A DNA stretch of 64,000 nucleotides, from positions 8,820,422 through 8,884,421 of the forward strand of contig NC_092678.1 in the NCBI RefSeq assembly GCF_964355755.1, written 5' to 3'. The position numbers and the translations under genes were made by a program. The notes under the pieces are model-generated. The model saw only the letters and a list, made by a program, of their open reading frames with translations, did not search any database and was not told the DNA's origin. The DNA comes from Antedon mediterranea. Its lineage: Eukaryota > Animalia > Echinodermata. This document shows positions 38,601 to 52,342 of this stretch, in pieces (within the stretch, counting starts at the first letter, position 1; each line of letters begins with the position of its first letter).

Positions 38601-39606
38601 CTGTGGTAAGATAATAATTAATAAATACTGTATAACAATACATTAAAGTTTAAACATTTTAAAATATGTTTTGACTTAAAGAATAACTAATAGCATGCAA
38701 TAAAAATGTGCTTAATTAAATAATTTCAATATAAAATAAAGTCATAATATTGCTATACTTTATTTTTAGAAGATATGTATTTCTAGCATACAGTTATGTT
38801 TAAATATACTGTACGTGGCATTAAACAAATTTTAATTAGGCATATATAGCCTACGTTATGTTTCTAATTGTTTTTTGTCTCAGGTTTTCTAATTTTATTT
38901 CATATTTACGTTATTACAGTAATTATATCAGTGTTATTGATGGTTCACAGTGTTTATCTTATTGATATAATAATTATATATATTTATTAATTAATTAATT
39001 AATTAATTTAATTATAATTGTGTGTATATTTTTTCTGCATCGTATATTGTCTTACCTTCGGTGCAAGTGACTCTACTAATATCTTCAAACGATCTTGCTG
39101 CTTTAAATTCACAATAATCTTCATATATTATACCATTACTTGCGCACACGTTTCTAATCCTTGTACAGTGGCGTTGCCTTTTAAAGTAGTATACAGTCTG
39201 GATATCTTCGTTGCTTATGCTGTTTTTTCGGAAAGCTCTCATATTTGCAGGTTTTCCGTCTTTATCATAAACAATAATGAGATACGTATTTTATCGTAAA
39301 GTATAGAAAAAAAAGATCGTGTATTTTCAATAATTCTGAATTAACACATTGAATTATTTATGATCTATTCATTCCAAGCCTAAATTTGAGAGACGTAACA
39401 AGCGCCTTCCTTGAGTGCATGTTGATCGTTCGATTGTTACAAAAGGATAGTACATCGAGAATCAAACCTTATTTAACTACAAAGTTATCAATAGACTAAG
39501 GTAGCTTACCTCTATACATTGCAACCATCTCTTCAGAACTGTCTGCAGTGACAGAAATACAATATATTGTCATGGAAACGAATAAATATAAACACTCCAT
39601 TTTCAT
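35670..39606 (-). CDS. Secreted multi-Kazal protein B (about 406 aa); exons 39606-39510, 39259-39056, 36589-35670
   Basis: Exon 1 MKMECLYLFVSMTIYCISVTA is a signal peptide. Exon 2 holds a reduced Kazal domain (VCASNGIIYEDYC). Exon 3 holds four Kazal domains (PICATDGKGYPSPC, VCGTDENTYENKC, PVCANDGKTYPSVC, PVCGTDNNSYPSRC). All junctions are phase-1 GT-AG and the lengths sum to 1221 nt. Confidence 0.88.
38200..38365. mobile_element. Short MITE-like element with inverted ends and three 21-bp internal repeats
   Basis: aagctctgtcta ... tagacagagctt termini; (atatcactaccatatttggg) x3. Confidence 0.8.
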
Positions 39607-39899
39607 GTTTCAGCCGGCAAACTTTATTTACATTAAGTTTATGATACTATTAAGTATGAATGGCAAGATGAGTACTCTTTTGCTTATAAGAAATTCTGTA
39701 TTGTGTTTGTTGTGTTGACACTACCCCAGAAACGTCGATGAGTCTGTGGCATGCTGAGTCAGAGTCTAGGCACACAGCCATGTGGTTTCCTGTAGGCGAT
39801 AAACGTATCAACACAATTAATATTTTTCAGATCTAAACACCAAGTATGACCGACTTGCTTGCTAACGTTTTATTATGATTATTCCCAAAGTGTGCATAA

Positions 39900-39913
39900 A
39901 CACTATGTCGGTC

Positions 39914-39944
<31 letters not shown>

Positions 39945-40345
39945 CGGTCTGTCGGTCTGTCTGTCGGTCCGGTATCACTATGCGTTTTATCGCTTTCTGA
40001 CCTTATCTTGATATCAGTTTAATTCACAGTATATTCCTTATGGCCAGGAATCGATGTGGTTATGTTTTCACGGTGCGCACTAAAAAATTACGCGGTCTAC
40101 GCACGATTTAACGAAATCACGTTTGTAATCATATCTTCAAAACCATGAATCACAATTAAATAAAATTTGGTACTCATCAATTTCAGGGCATAAATCATCA
40201 TATGGCAATACAATTACATGCGTAGCGCATGTAACGCATGCGTACGCGCACTTACAATTTTCAAAATTTATTTTCGATGAAATAAGAGTACGTTTCAGGC
40301 AATTTTAAGTGTTTACAAAATTGCCATGAGTGCGCAGATTTTTTT
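39900..40345 (+). mobile_element. Partial Helentron/HINE-like element
   Basis: cactatgtcggtcggtc...(gtcggtct)n...ccggtatcactatgcg; it is the reverse complement of about 42270-42700. Confidence 0.8.
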
Positions 40346-41842
40346 GAAAACTAGGACTAGTGTCTCTAAGCATCAGAAATGTCAAATACCTTGAAGATTG
40401 ACTGTCGGGATTCTGGTATCATGGAGAAAACAGACTGACAACCATTAAAAGGTTCGTTTATCAAAAACCTTGGTTATTACCAAACCAATATTATTTTTAA
40501 TATGCATTTTCGGTGTGGTTTTAATGGCTTGAAAGCCTTGTTTTATGTTTATAAAATTAAAGATGATCTTTCACCAAATTACATTAGGCCTACTTTTCCT
40601 TATTGGCAGATGCATTTGGCTTCACTTTCTTTTTTTTTACGAACATGTAAAGCGATAGGCAATGACAAAGCAGATTGGTAAGAAGGTTTTGGACAACATT
40701 ATGGCCAACTCATTGTTAAACTTATTTTAGTACGTTTTAATAAAGCATGAAGAGATGGTTATGTAAGCTATATCAACACATTTTTGTAATTGTCGAAATA
40801 ATTGTGTTTTTTTTTAATTCCAAGACCTTGATTCTCTGTATAAGAAATACTCTCTGGTATTCCCATTTCTTTTAGCAAAATCCCTAATTCCCTAAACTAC
40901 TTACATAAAAACAATGGCATTCTATTTCTACAATTTTTATGCTGATCCTTTGCCAATAACAAGCAATTTCTTGAGATTATCATTATTGAACTCATTATTA
41001 TCAGGCCTATACGTGACTATCTATAATGCGTGCGTTTATAATGATTTTATATAATTCTTCACGTTCGTGTGTCTTGTTCAATTTATATGGACGATTATTT
41101 CAATGTTCACAGATATACTGTAAAATATTTCCATTGTCATTTTAAAGATGTTGCTTTTTAGCCTAAATATAAAAGTGGGTAAAAGTTACTATCTCAAGAA
41201 AGAAACAACAAAGTGGACAGTTTACAAAACAGAGATTAAAAAGTGATATAATCCAAAACAATAATAGTACATTTGCGATTGTTTACAATAATGGTAAATG
41301 TACGAGAAAGAATAAACAGAGAGAATAAAACAGCTAAGCCAAGGATTATTTGTACCGATTCAAATTTGAGATTGTCTTTAATAGGATGGGTAATCAAATA
41401 TAGGCCTACTTCCAATAACGAATTTGAATTATTATCAAATATTTAAAATTCATGACACATTGCAACAACAAATTCACACACACACCCACTTATTAGCTCG
41501 TTATCTTTTCATAGGTAAATTATGAAAAATATAATGAATGGGTCAACGTGGGTTATGAACTAACTAATGCTACGTACACTTCTATCAGCTCTACCTCCAA
41601 TAGGATATATGTCCGGTACACATGAAATAATGTGTTTTAGAGCTTGATATTTAAAAAATGGAATTTAAAATAAAAAACATATCGCCTTTGTTGTTTTGGC
41701 TAAAGAGCTAGCATTCATAATGTATTATTACATGCATTTAAAGAAAATTTTCCCCTGAATTTTGTGTTTCTGTTTTATGACATTTTAATGTCACATAAAA
41801 GTTATTCACCTTAACCTAAAATTTGATCAAAACTATTTACCT

Positions 41843-42731
41843 AAACAAGGCCAACAGCCATTAAGTCGCGTGCTACAATGCCTAACGATACCGGACCGAC
41901 AGACAGACCGACAGACAGACCGACCGACATAGTGAACTATAGTCGCGTCCACGCGACTAAAAAGGCATAATTTTGACGAATTTTTTAACCTCTTCATCAA
42001 AAACGTGCGCAAATTATCCAATTCGACGTGCTCGTATGACGTAATTTTAAGTCGAAATTGTTTATAATTATTAGAAAAGGCTACAAAAACATAAATCACG
42101 CGAAAAAAGCATGTATTTAACGCTACGTGCGCACCACGCGCGTAAAAATTTGCGCGCGTATGGGAATTTTTGACATGCTCAAAATGACAAGAAACGCGTA
42201 GAAAGTTGATTAAAAATGAATTTTGCGCATTTTAAAATTTTAAATGCGCGTGCGCGCGTAACTTTGTGGTTTTGTGACTCATGGCAATTTTGTAAACGCT
42301 TAAAATTGCCTGAAACGTACTCTTATTTCATCGAAAATAAATTTTGAAAATTTTAAGCGCGCGTACGCATGCGTTACATGCGCTACGCACGTAATTGTAT
42401 TGCCATATGATGATTTATGCCCTGAAATTTATGAGTACCAAATTTTATTTAATTGTGATTCATGGTTGTGAAGATATGATTACAAACGTGATTTCGTTAA
42501 ATCGTGCGTAGACCGCGTAATTTCTTATTGCGCACCGTGAAAACATAACCACATCGATTCCTTGCCATAAGGAATATACTGTGAAAAATTGACTTAGCTA
42601 GATTAAACTGATATCAAGATAAGGTCAGAAAGCGATAAAACGCATAGTGATACCGGACCGACAGACCGACAGACCGACAGACCGACCGACCGACATAGTG
42701 AACTATAGAGTCGCTTCCACGCGACTAAAAA
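41843..42731 (-). mobile_element. Helentron-associated (HINE/DINE-1-like) element with a duplicated 5' module
   Basis: On the minus strand: T-run, AGTCGCGTGGAAGCGACT hairpin, (GTCG/GTCT)n microsatellite, a 3' CACGCGACT subterminal inverted repeat, then the ATGGCTGTTGGCCTTGTT stem-loop. The 5' module recurs at 41890-41962. Confidence 0.8.
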
Positions 42732-44168
42732 CTATAGATTAAAACCAAAAATTGTCAAATTGGCTGGAAGTCAATGGGTTTTGGGTTGAATTTAATCATT
42801 TATTTTGTCTTTTTATAAGTGGAATATTATTTTTATTTTTCTACCTAAGTGATTAACTTAACTTGATTAAAACTGCAAAATGACCTATTTAAAATCTTCA
42901 TGTTTTTGGGAGAGAATGTTTTTTTAGAACAAATACCTATTAATTATTGTTCAATGACATCTTTGAAATTCTGTTATGACTGGCAACAATATCGATTGTA
43001 CCAAAGAGAAGCCATATGACGTGCTTATGCACATCCTTTCTTGAAATGTTGAAATGTCACTCTAAAACTGCTTGTTTATATTCTCTCTTCTGATGGCTGG
43101 GTTATAGTGCTATGACATATTAAGCTTCAACTGGCAAGTACGTGTAAGATACAGTAATACTAATACACAACACAAATGTGAATAACCGTATTTAATCAGT
43201 AAATACTAATAAAATCACCTTTGTATTCTTTTTCAACGTATGTATGGACATGTTTGAACCTGTGTTGTGGTATATAAACACAACTATCTAATTTGTCATG
43301 ATTTTAATACAGATTAAATTATTTCCTTTATTCTACATTCTACAGACAGTTTTCAGATGTCATCTTAGAACCTGATATTTCCAAATTTAATTCGTCAATT
43401 CAACCTTATTTTTGGTTGGTCGGTAACAGGTCGTCAGAGTCACATTTGATGCCGGTCAATAGTCATTTATATTCAGTCAAGTAATTCATCGTAAGAAAGT
43501 CAGTATGCTGACAGAGTCAAACAGTTAAACAACCAATTCATTGTCAGTTAGTCAATTCATATTATCAGTTTACCGTCAGTTGAATATCCGTTGTAAGTTT
43601 TCAGTTTATCAGTTTATAGGTCAGTCCTTTCACAGTGAGTCAAGCTATTTAGTCTTGCGGTCAGTTATGACAGTCATAGAAAACTTAATATTCAAAACAA
43701 ACAACAATCAATTTACCTATATGTTTTTGTACAGTTTTATAACAAGGCTAAAACATTGTTTTAACTAAAAAGTATATGATTGTTTTATCAATTTCTAAAA
43801 TTCAAATTATTGAAGATAATTGATTGTAAAAACACCAAGCTGATGTATGCGTAATATCTAAACCAAAATATGCATAATTTAGTATTTATTCTATATATTT
43901 AAATAAATTTAATGCGTAATTGGTAAAATACTGTTTAGATAACTTATTTCTTATTTATAAATGAATTGTGTATCTTTAACATTAGCAAATTATTCAAAAT
44001 ATTGTAGATATGTTATGGATTTGATGATTTGAGTTTTTTATTTTGAGTTAATGCATTTAATGTATAAGATAATACAATCGCCCATTACCAACTATCAATG
44101 CCGCTTCCTTTGTAGCGTTTACTGATATGAAAATATTACAAATTTGGTTAAATGGAAGCACAATAAAA

Positions 44169-47100
44169 TCATTCGTCTAATCGGACTGTGTATTTGCGGT
44201 TGACAATGTAAAGTTTAACCTTTGGTACACATTGTTTAACTTCAACGTCAACCAGTGTATTATCTCGTAAACTACACGCCTTCTTATCTAGTGCACACAA
44301 ACTATCGTATATCTTCTTATCGGAGCCGCAAACTGGTTTGTATCCGTCTTCTGCGCAACGCATATCCTCACAGGGGTCGTCTTTAACTCTCAGTCGACCA
44401 ACCATTGTGTCACCCGTCGGTTCAATCTTACACTCTCCTTCGTAGTCAATTTGCAAAAAGGGATTTTTATACAGACACGCCATCGATTCGATGATACAAG
44501 GGGATGGATAAGTCACACCATCAATACCACACACAGGGCTGTATTCAATTGGACAACCTTCCACGCACTGTACATCGCTGTTCGGATCATGCCGTGGACC
44601 TGGGCCGGGTAGAGGTGTAGTGTATATAGGTGGTACTGGGGTTGTCGAGACGATACAACTTCCACCATACCATACTGTTAAATCGATGTCTTTCTGACAT
44701 GCTACTGCGCGTAACACGCACGCACTCGGGTATGTGACGTCATCAGTGCCACAGACGGGATCGTATTCTAATGAGCATGTCTCGTCACATGGCGAAACCG
44801 TCAGTGGTGCTGTTGGTTGAGGATTTACTCTCGGTGCGCTTGTTGGTGGTCTTACTACAGTTGGTCTTTCTATTACTGGTCTTTCTATCGACGGACGTCT
44901 TGTAACTCGTGTAATTCTTCCTCTTGTTGATCGTACTAAAATAAAGAAAGAAACTTTACATTATTTTGCTTTGTTACAAAACATAAGCCCATGTTGTACA
45001 TTTGTAGCAAATTCAAAATCAAATAATAAAGTAAGGAATTAAGTTAAACTTTTACTCAGATGGAATGTTTGTATATCTAAGTTTCGTTGTTCTGGCCAAT
45101 TTTTTAAACATGTTTTACCTGTCAACATAGGTATATATGGACGCTGTGTTGGCTGAGGAATTGGTCGTGGTTGAGGTCGTGGTTGAGGCTGGGGCCGTGG
45201 TTGAGGCTCTGGTCGTGGTTGAGGCTGGGGTCGTGGTTGGGGTCGCGGTTTAGGTTTAGTCCTCCGCCGAATACCTCCGATAACTTCGGTTGCTGGTGGT
45301 ACATATATTCTTGTGACGCGCGGAATATTTGTTACACGTGGTCGTACAAGGTCGAGATCTGTATTGATCACAGCTATGTTTCCCTGAACCACTCCGTCTT
45401 CTTCATCAGACTCATCAGAGTTCATGATTGGTCTTGGCTGGGAGTTGATATAACCTCTTTGACGACCGTTACTGCGTAAATTTTGAGTCGTCCCACATGG
45501 TCCTTTTGATGCGACTGTTACTCCAGAGTTGCACTTAGTGGTTGTCAATTGGCACACAGACGAGTATGTTACTCCGTCTGTACCACACACTTGTCTCCCC
45601 GCCTCGCAATAATGTGTCAGATGACATTCTATAATATTAAAGTGAATGTTTACGTTATTTTGGATAAATGTTGGATAAATCATTACAAGCCCGCCCTATG
45701 AAACATAACCGTAATCATATCAGTATGCATCCGGTGTATCAAAAAACAACTACTGTACATACTTGTAAAATGACATAATAATAAATGATTTATTACTTAA
45801 TATTGTTATTTAAGGTAATGTTGACAGGTAATTATTTATGAAGTTTATAATACTATCCACACACATACACACACGAAGATCCATTTATGCAATCTAGATT
45901 AGTTTTGTAATAATTCATTCATCTCTGTTAATGTATTATATGTATTTTATTTTTGTGGTAATGAAAGGGTAACGATGATAATGATCAAAAATAAGAAGCA
46001 TATCTATGTTAACTTACGTGTAATGTACGGAGGACAACTTTCCTTAAGATAAATGAACTTAGATTCATTGTTGATACATTTACTTCGTTTAAATTCACAC
46101 CCATTTCTGTATGTTCGTAAGTCGGAACCACAAACTGGTTTGTACTTGTTTCTACACTGAGTTGGACATCTATATTGTACGTTTGTATATGTCGCGACTA
46201 CTTCTTCACCGTCATTATCATTGTACCTTCGTGGACTAAAGTACCTTGTATACCCTGTGCAAAAAAAGGAAAACATTTTTTTTTAAATAGCGTAAAAATA
46301 AAAAATAAAAATTAGAAATAAAAATAGATTGTTTTCACCATTGTATTGAGAAACTTGAAAGTATGTGATGATGTAATTAATTTTCTTGCAAATCAAATAC
46401 ATTAAGTAATATATTACATAATATCATATATACATCATTTTAATTATCCACACCATATCATCATCATCATCGTCATTAAGTTATGTATAAATTGTTTATC
46501 ATCACCACAATGTTCTCGAACTAAAATTATGGTCTATATAATATCATCCCTTTTTTCGTAACAACACTGCCATCATTCCACAAACGTGTTTCCACGAATA
46601 ATGATGAACAGTCTCCTCACGATTGACCTTTTTATAAACGCTTAAGTTTAACCAACTTTAGAAGTTGTGTTATGGGTATACCGTTACTTCGAAGATTATG
46701 TAGTGACGTTTAAGCAGAAGGAAGCGGATAATTTCCACCTTGTTAACTTATTTAGTGAATAAATTCACAAACTGCTATGCCGTATGGTTTCAAAATCGTA
46801 ACAACATTTCAAACGTAACTCTGACTTGCTCAATTGAATTAGCTAGGACTTTACTAAAATAATAAATAGAAGACTATTAAATATATACAGATTATCTTTA
46901 GATATTGAAGGATTTAAGCTAAAGAGAAAGCCCATCAATCATATTCTATAAAACTGTACAATTTGTCTTTAAATAGTCAACTAGATGTTGTTCTCATATT
47001 TGACAGACAACAATATAATTATTTTAATTCTTATGCAAGGTATTTTGTTTAAATATGTATGTAATCATATTTTAAATCAAGTTAGAACGTGTCAAAATGT

Positions 47101-48028
47101 ATCTTATAGCAATACTTTATAGCAATAATGTTTGTCAACTAAATTCTATTTATAGTGTAGACCAACAACCATGGGAAGTACAGGTTAATCTTAATCTATG
47201 CAATAAAATTGAAAAACAAAAAAACCCATTTGGAAAAACTACAATCATCTTTAGACACATTTCAAACAATCTGAGTTAATTCAAACTGGACTGTTATGGA
47301 AGAAACTAATCGTTCGGGGTTCAAGAATCTTCTTTATGGAAATATATCTTCTTTTTTTTTTACCATACGACAAATTTCACAGAAAACTCTATCAAACACA
47401 TAGCTACTTGAAATGATAACTATTCCTTGTAATGATTTTAATCATTACAAGGAATACTTAAAAGTATTCATAATACAAAACTAACAATAATACAATTATA
47501 ATGCTTTTTTACCAATGATAATATTAATAGAAATAATAATTATAATTATGCATAAGAGTGTTGTATTTTAATGATCTATATTATTATTTTATAATAAAAT
47601 CAGATTGCAATTCAATATGTTTTAGGCCTACTATTAGTTTTATTTTAAATAATACATATGAATACATTTTAATTTGTGTCGCAAAGTAAGCATCATATTC
47701 ATACGTACGCAACAAGTTTCCTCTTATTAAAATGAAAAATGAACAAGCAATACAATACAATAATACAGTATGTTGTTTGCAATAGTTGTCAAAATAAAAC
47801 ATTTGTTCTAGGTGTATACGATGATCACTAATTTTTTACTTGTAAAAATAATTGTCTGGAATAATAGCGTATACAGTAAGTGGCCGTGTTAAAATGAAAG
47901 AAAAAACGATTAATATAGCATATCAGTTAATAGTTAATGTACATACCATTATATTGGGCCTCGATGGTCTTTAGACTAAGAAGGCAACAAACAAGAAACA
48001 ATAGGCTGGAGCAAACTTTGTACTGCAT
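44169..48028 (-). CDS. Secreted multi-Kazal protein A with Pro/Arg/Gln/Thr-rich linkers (about 531 aa); exons 48028-47947, 46254-46018, 45628-45119, 44935-44169
   Basis: Signal peptide MQYKVCSSLLFLVCCLLSLKTIEA. Five Kazal domains (PVCGSDLRTYRNGC, VCGTDGVTYSSVC, PVCGTDDVTYPSAC, PVCGIDGVTYPSPC, PVCGSDKKIYDSLC) and a PRPQPRPQPQ repeat. All junctions are phase-1 GT-AG and the lengths sum to 1596 nt. Confidence 0.88.
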
Positions 48029-51000
48029 CACTTCCAAGGTGATTCGTTGTAAATATGGCAAAAAGTCAATAACCAGTTAATCGATTGATGTTTATTATTG
48101 TCAAAAAATATTATCAGGCTAACTTCCTTCGTACATGATGTATATAATATTCTAGAAGAAACTCTGTTTAGCTACTAAACGCATTTGATAAATTACAACT
48201 TATATAGCGGAGACTCGTAGTCGAACTTCTTGTTTAGTTGGCACAATAAAAACTTATGATAAACATAATGTCCCTTGTTACCCCCATACGTGTGTGTACA
48301 TTTTCAGATGCATAGAAACACGCTTATTTTGTAAACGAACACTTCTCGCGGGAATTCTTCTCACATAAGAAAAATAATGACGTCTGATGTATGACACAAA
48401 CCTAATGTGATAGATTCCCATGTAAATAAATCAGATTATTTAAATTACTCACTTACAAAATGTGATGAGATGAAGGAAAGGGAGGGGGTTCTGTCTATTT
48501 TGACTTAATTGATGTTCAAAAATAAATGCCAAAGGTCATCAAAGACAAAGGGAATAATATATATTTGTTTAATATCACATTAAACGATGATGTCACATTT
48601 ATATACGCTATCATCAGTAAACGAATATTCGTTAAAATAATAATAATACTACTGAATTTATTGAATTTTGTATTATTTTTTGGTGATAGTGGTCCTATGA
48701 TCAGGTGACTAACATGTGACGTGTACAGATGAACGATAATTACCGAAAGCGTTTACTACCAAATTGTTCTAAAAGTAGCCTATACTTAAGGTTAAATAGA
48801 GAGTGCAAATGTGTGAAAAGGATAGCCTACAAAATCTTCGGCACTATCGACTATTCTATGCCTGTTTATAAATATATAATATACAAGTTATTGTTTTATT
48901 GTATAACATTTGTTCATTTGTATTATGTAACTATAGCCTGAATAGTAACACCTTTGGGTATGAGGAGGTGTACATCTAGAAATTCAGTTATTTAAATTAA
49001 AATATTGTTAGTTGATAATTAGTTTTGTTAGTACCAGTGTGTGTCCTTCCTTATTTCATTCTGTACATAGGTATATACTTACAGAACATGCCTATTGATT
49101 TTCAGGTAAATTGATATAGTGTTTGTCACAAAAGCTTATCTTCCGTACGATATATATTAAATAGCACGCATTCTGTCTTCTTTTAACATGGACATGTTCT
49201 TTGATATGGACCAAAACATTAGTCGACTGGTCAAGCGGTTAAGCTTACTACATGGGTTAAGGCAGAGGTGCGGCAAATCGGTACAGCTTCAAGACACTCC
49301 TCGATCATTATTCTGGTCAATCTTAATTTTAGAAAGGTCATTGTTGCAATGCCGGAGTTGTTTGTATGAAAACATTATTTAAACATAATTGTTAACCCCA
49401 GCAAGATTTTAACAATGTAAAGCTAATACCTAAAGCAAAACAATTTATCTTTCAACATGCTCCGAGTCAGTGGATATATTTTGCCAAGTACTTCACTCAG
49501 TTTCTGAGTGCTTTCATTTGTTTGTTTGTTTGTTAGCAGGATTACTCAAAAAATAATTACAAGATCTTTATAAAAATTAATATGCTACATTTTGAAATGA
49601 AACCAAGCAATCTGCTTGCTTTAAAACATATAAAATTAACTTGTGTATGACACGACAACAAACTATTTACATATACACCTAGAAATTTAAATTCTGTAAC
49701 TTCAGGAATATTGTCTTATTCTATGGTATAATCCCAGTTAACTATCTCTTTACATCTTGTAACATGCATTACTGCGCATTTGACAGGATTTAAGGGAAGT
49801 TTGTTTACATTTGCCCATTTAGCAATTAAATCTAAATCCTTTTGAAGCAATTTACAATCATTATTGTTATAAATAGGACGTGATAATGTGTGATCATCAG
49901 CAAATTGAAAAAGTGAAGAAGAAATATTATTTACAATATCACTTACGTAAATAAAAAATAAAAGAGGGCCCAAAACTGAGCCTTGTTGTACCCTGAAGTA
50001 ACATTTACCCACTCTGACTTTTCTCCTCTGTAAATAACCCTTTGGCGTCTATTTGAAAGAAAATCTGTAATCCATGCATTAGTGTTTCCACCAATGCCAC
50101 AGTTATTAAGTTTCTTAATTAATCTTTTATGAGACACCTTATCAAATGCAGACGAAAAATCAAGAAAAATAATATCAATATGTTTACAGCCTTTAAGTTC
50201 TAAGCTCTGTGCCCATGAATGAAAAACCTTTGAAAGTAAAAGTTCAGTACTATACATTTGTCTAAACCCAAACTGATTTTCTGAAAGGATATTATTATAT
50301 TCTAGATATTCCCTTAAGCGATAACAAAGCAATTTCTCAATAATCTTACAAATTATGGGAGTTAAAGACACTGGGCGATAGCTTTTCATTTCGTCTTTGA
50401 GTTTTACATTTCTTTTGAAAATAGGTACAACATTTGCATCCTTCCATTGTCTTGGTAAAATACCTTTTTGTACAGTTAAATTAAAGAATGTACATAAAAC
50501 ATTAGCCAATTGTGCCTTACATGACTTTAGGAATCTTGGAAGCAAGCAATCAGGTCCTGGTGATTTGGATAGGTACAATTAACTGTGAGAGGGCATAAAA
50601 TACCTCAGGCATCACAAATGGTTCACATTCAAAGTTGGTAAGACAATCTATTGTATCCAAATCACAATGCTGATCATTATCTATGCAAAAGTTGTTTACA
50701 AATTGTGTGTTGAAAAGATTAGCCAACACCTTAGCATCACCATTGTGTTATTTATCTTAAAGCTAATAACATCTGAGTCATTTTTTATAGACCTTATATA
50801 CGCCCAGAATTGTTTTATATCAGTTGTAGCTTTGTTTGAAATATTTACAACATAATCCCGATGGCTACAATATATTGACTTTTTGAATTCCCTGCTACAA
50901 GATTTGAATTTAGTTATGCTTTCTTCAATTCCTACTTGTTTAGCCATTTTGTACAACTTTCTTTTCTTTGTACAAAGCTTTTTGATATCTGGAGTTATCC

Positions 51001-51571
51001 AGGGAAAAGATTTCGATTTTTTACATTTCTTAGTTGGTACAGATTTTTATATTGCAAAATTGATATTACTGGAAATACTTTCCCATATTTCACTAATATC
51101 ATTAAATTGAAAACAATTCTCCCAATTAAAATTATCTAATATAGTGTGCATTTTTGAAAAATCAGCTTTTTTAAGAGCATATACCGTTTTAGTTATGTCC
51201 TTAGCACGTTTATACGACACTTTAACAGAGATCTCAACTGCTTCATGATCACATGATTCAAAATTATAAATTTTACGACATTTTTCAATCAGTAGTGGAT
51301 TAGAAACAAATACTAAATCTAAGAAATGTCCTTTACTATCACGTGTAATATACGATGGTTGTTTTAAGACTTGAACTAACCCAGCAGAATCTGTTGCATC
51401 TAAAAAAACATTCGCTAGGCTAGTTAAACCACTACTTTTATCTACCTGTATATCATTCCATTCAATATGTATATTAAAATCATCAATAAGCGAAACCCAT
51501 TTGTACTGAGTCATTTTTCTTTGTACTTTTTCTAAATTGGTATATAAAGCATTTGTGTATTGAATATTGGA

Positions 51572-51816
51572 AAAACTATCTGCTTGATAAACGCTAACTT
51601 TATTTTAATTGTATAGGTGTATTTTAAATTGTGTTACACAGAAATACTAAATAATTAAATTTTTTATATAATCTGTATATTTTATATTAATTTTAACTTG
51701 TATTAAGTTGTATGTTACAGGGGTTGCGGACACAAATGTGTTATGGCGCTCTGTTGCTGTCGCAACCCCTGGACCGCTTGTTGTCGAATAAAGAAATGAA
51801 ATGAAAATGAAAAAAA
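51572..51816 (+). mobile_element. Short LINE 3'UTR fragment inserted in the APE domain of the CR1
   Basis: It splits the host sequence YYRPP|SNIQYT and ends with aataaagaaatgaaatgaaaatgaaaaaaa. Confidence 0.8.
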
Positions 51817-52342
51817 TGGTGGTCTGTAATATACACCTAATAAGAATTTTCCCAATACCAGTGTAACACTCTAACCACAATAACTCAAGTATATTATCAT
51901 TTAGTTCATGACACTCAGATGGTTGTAATGATGTTTTTACAGCAATAAGTACTCCCCCACCATGTGAGTTTCTATCCTTTCTAAAAACTATATAATCGTT
52001 ATTAAATATTTGACTATCATAAATGGAATTGTCAAGCCATGTTTCTGTCATAGATATAATATCATAAAATGAAGAATTAAATCGAGAATTTATATCATGC
52101 AACTTATATTTAACACTTCTTACATTGCAATAGAATATGTTTAGCTTGTTTTTACTATCAGAACCTAATTTTGAATCTATCTTAAAATCACTTTGGTTTA
52201 CATTATTACTTAAACTATTATCATAAGTACATTCAGCATTAATAATTGGTTGTCAAGCATTAACATTGAATATATTTACATTTCTTTCTTGATCATTTAA
52301 CACCATTAAGTTTGTGTCGGCTATATCTTCTTTGCCAATAAC

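Noticed and set aside
35670-48028. A single agrin/follistatin-like gene
   Set aside because: Each half has its own signal-peptide exon and stop codon, and no NtA, EGF, LamG or SEA domains are visible. A weak AG|GTTAAA donor near 44220 leaves slight doubt.
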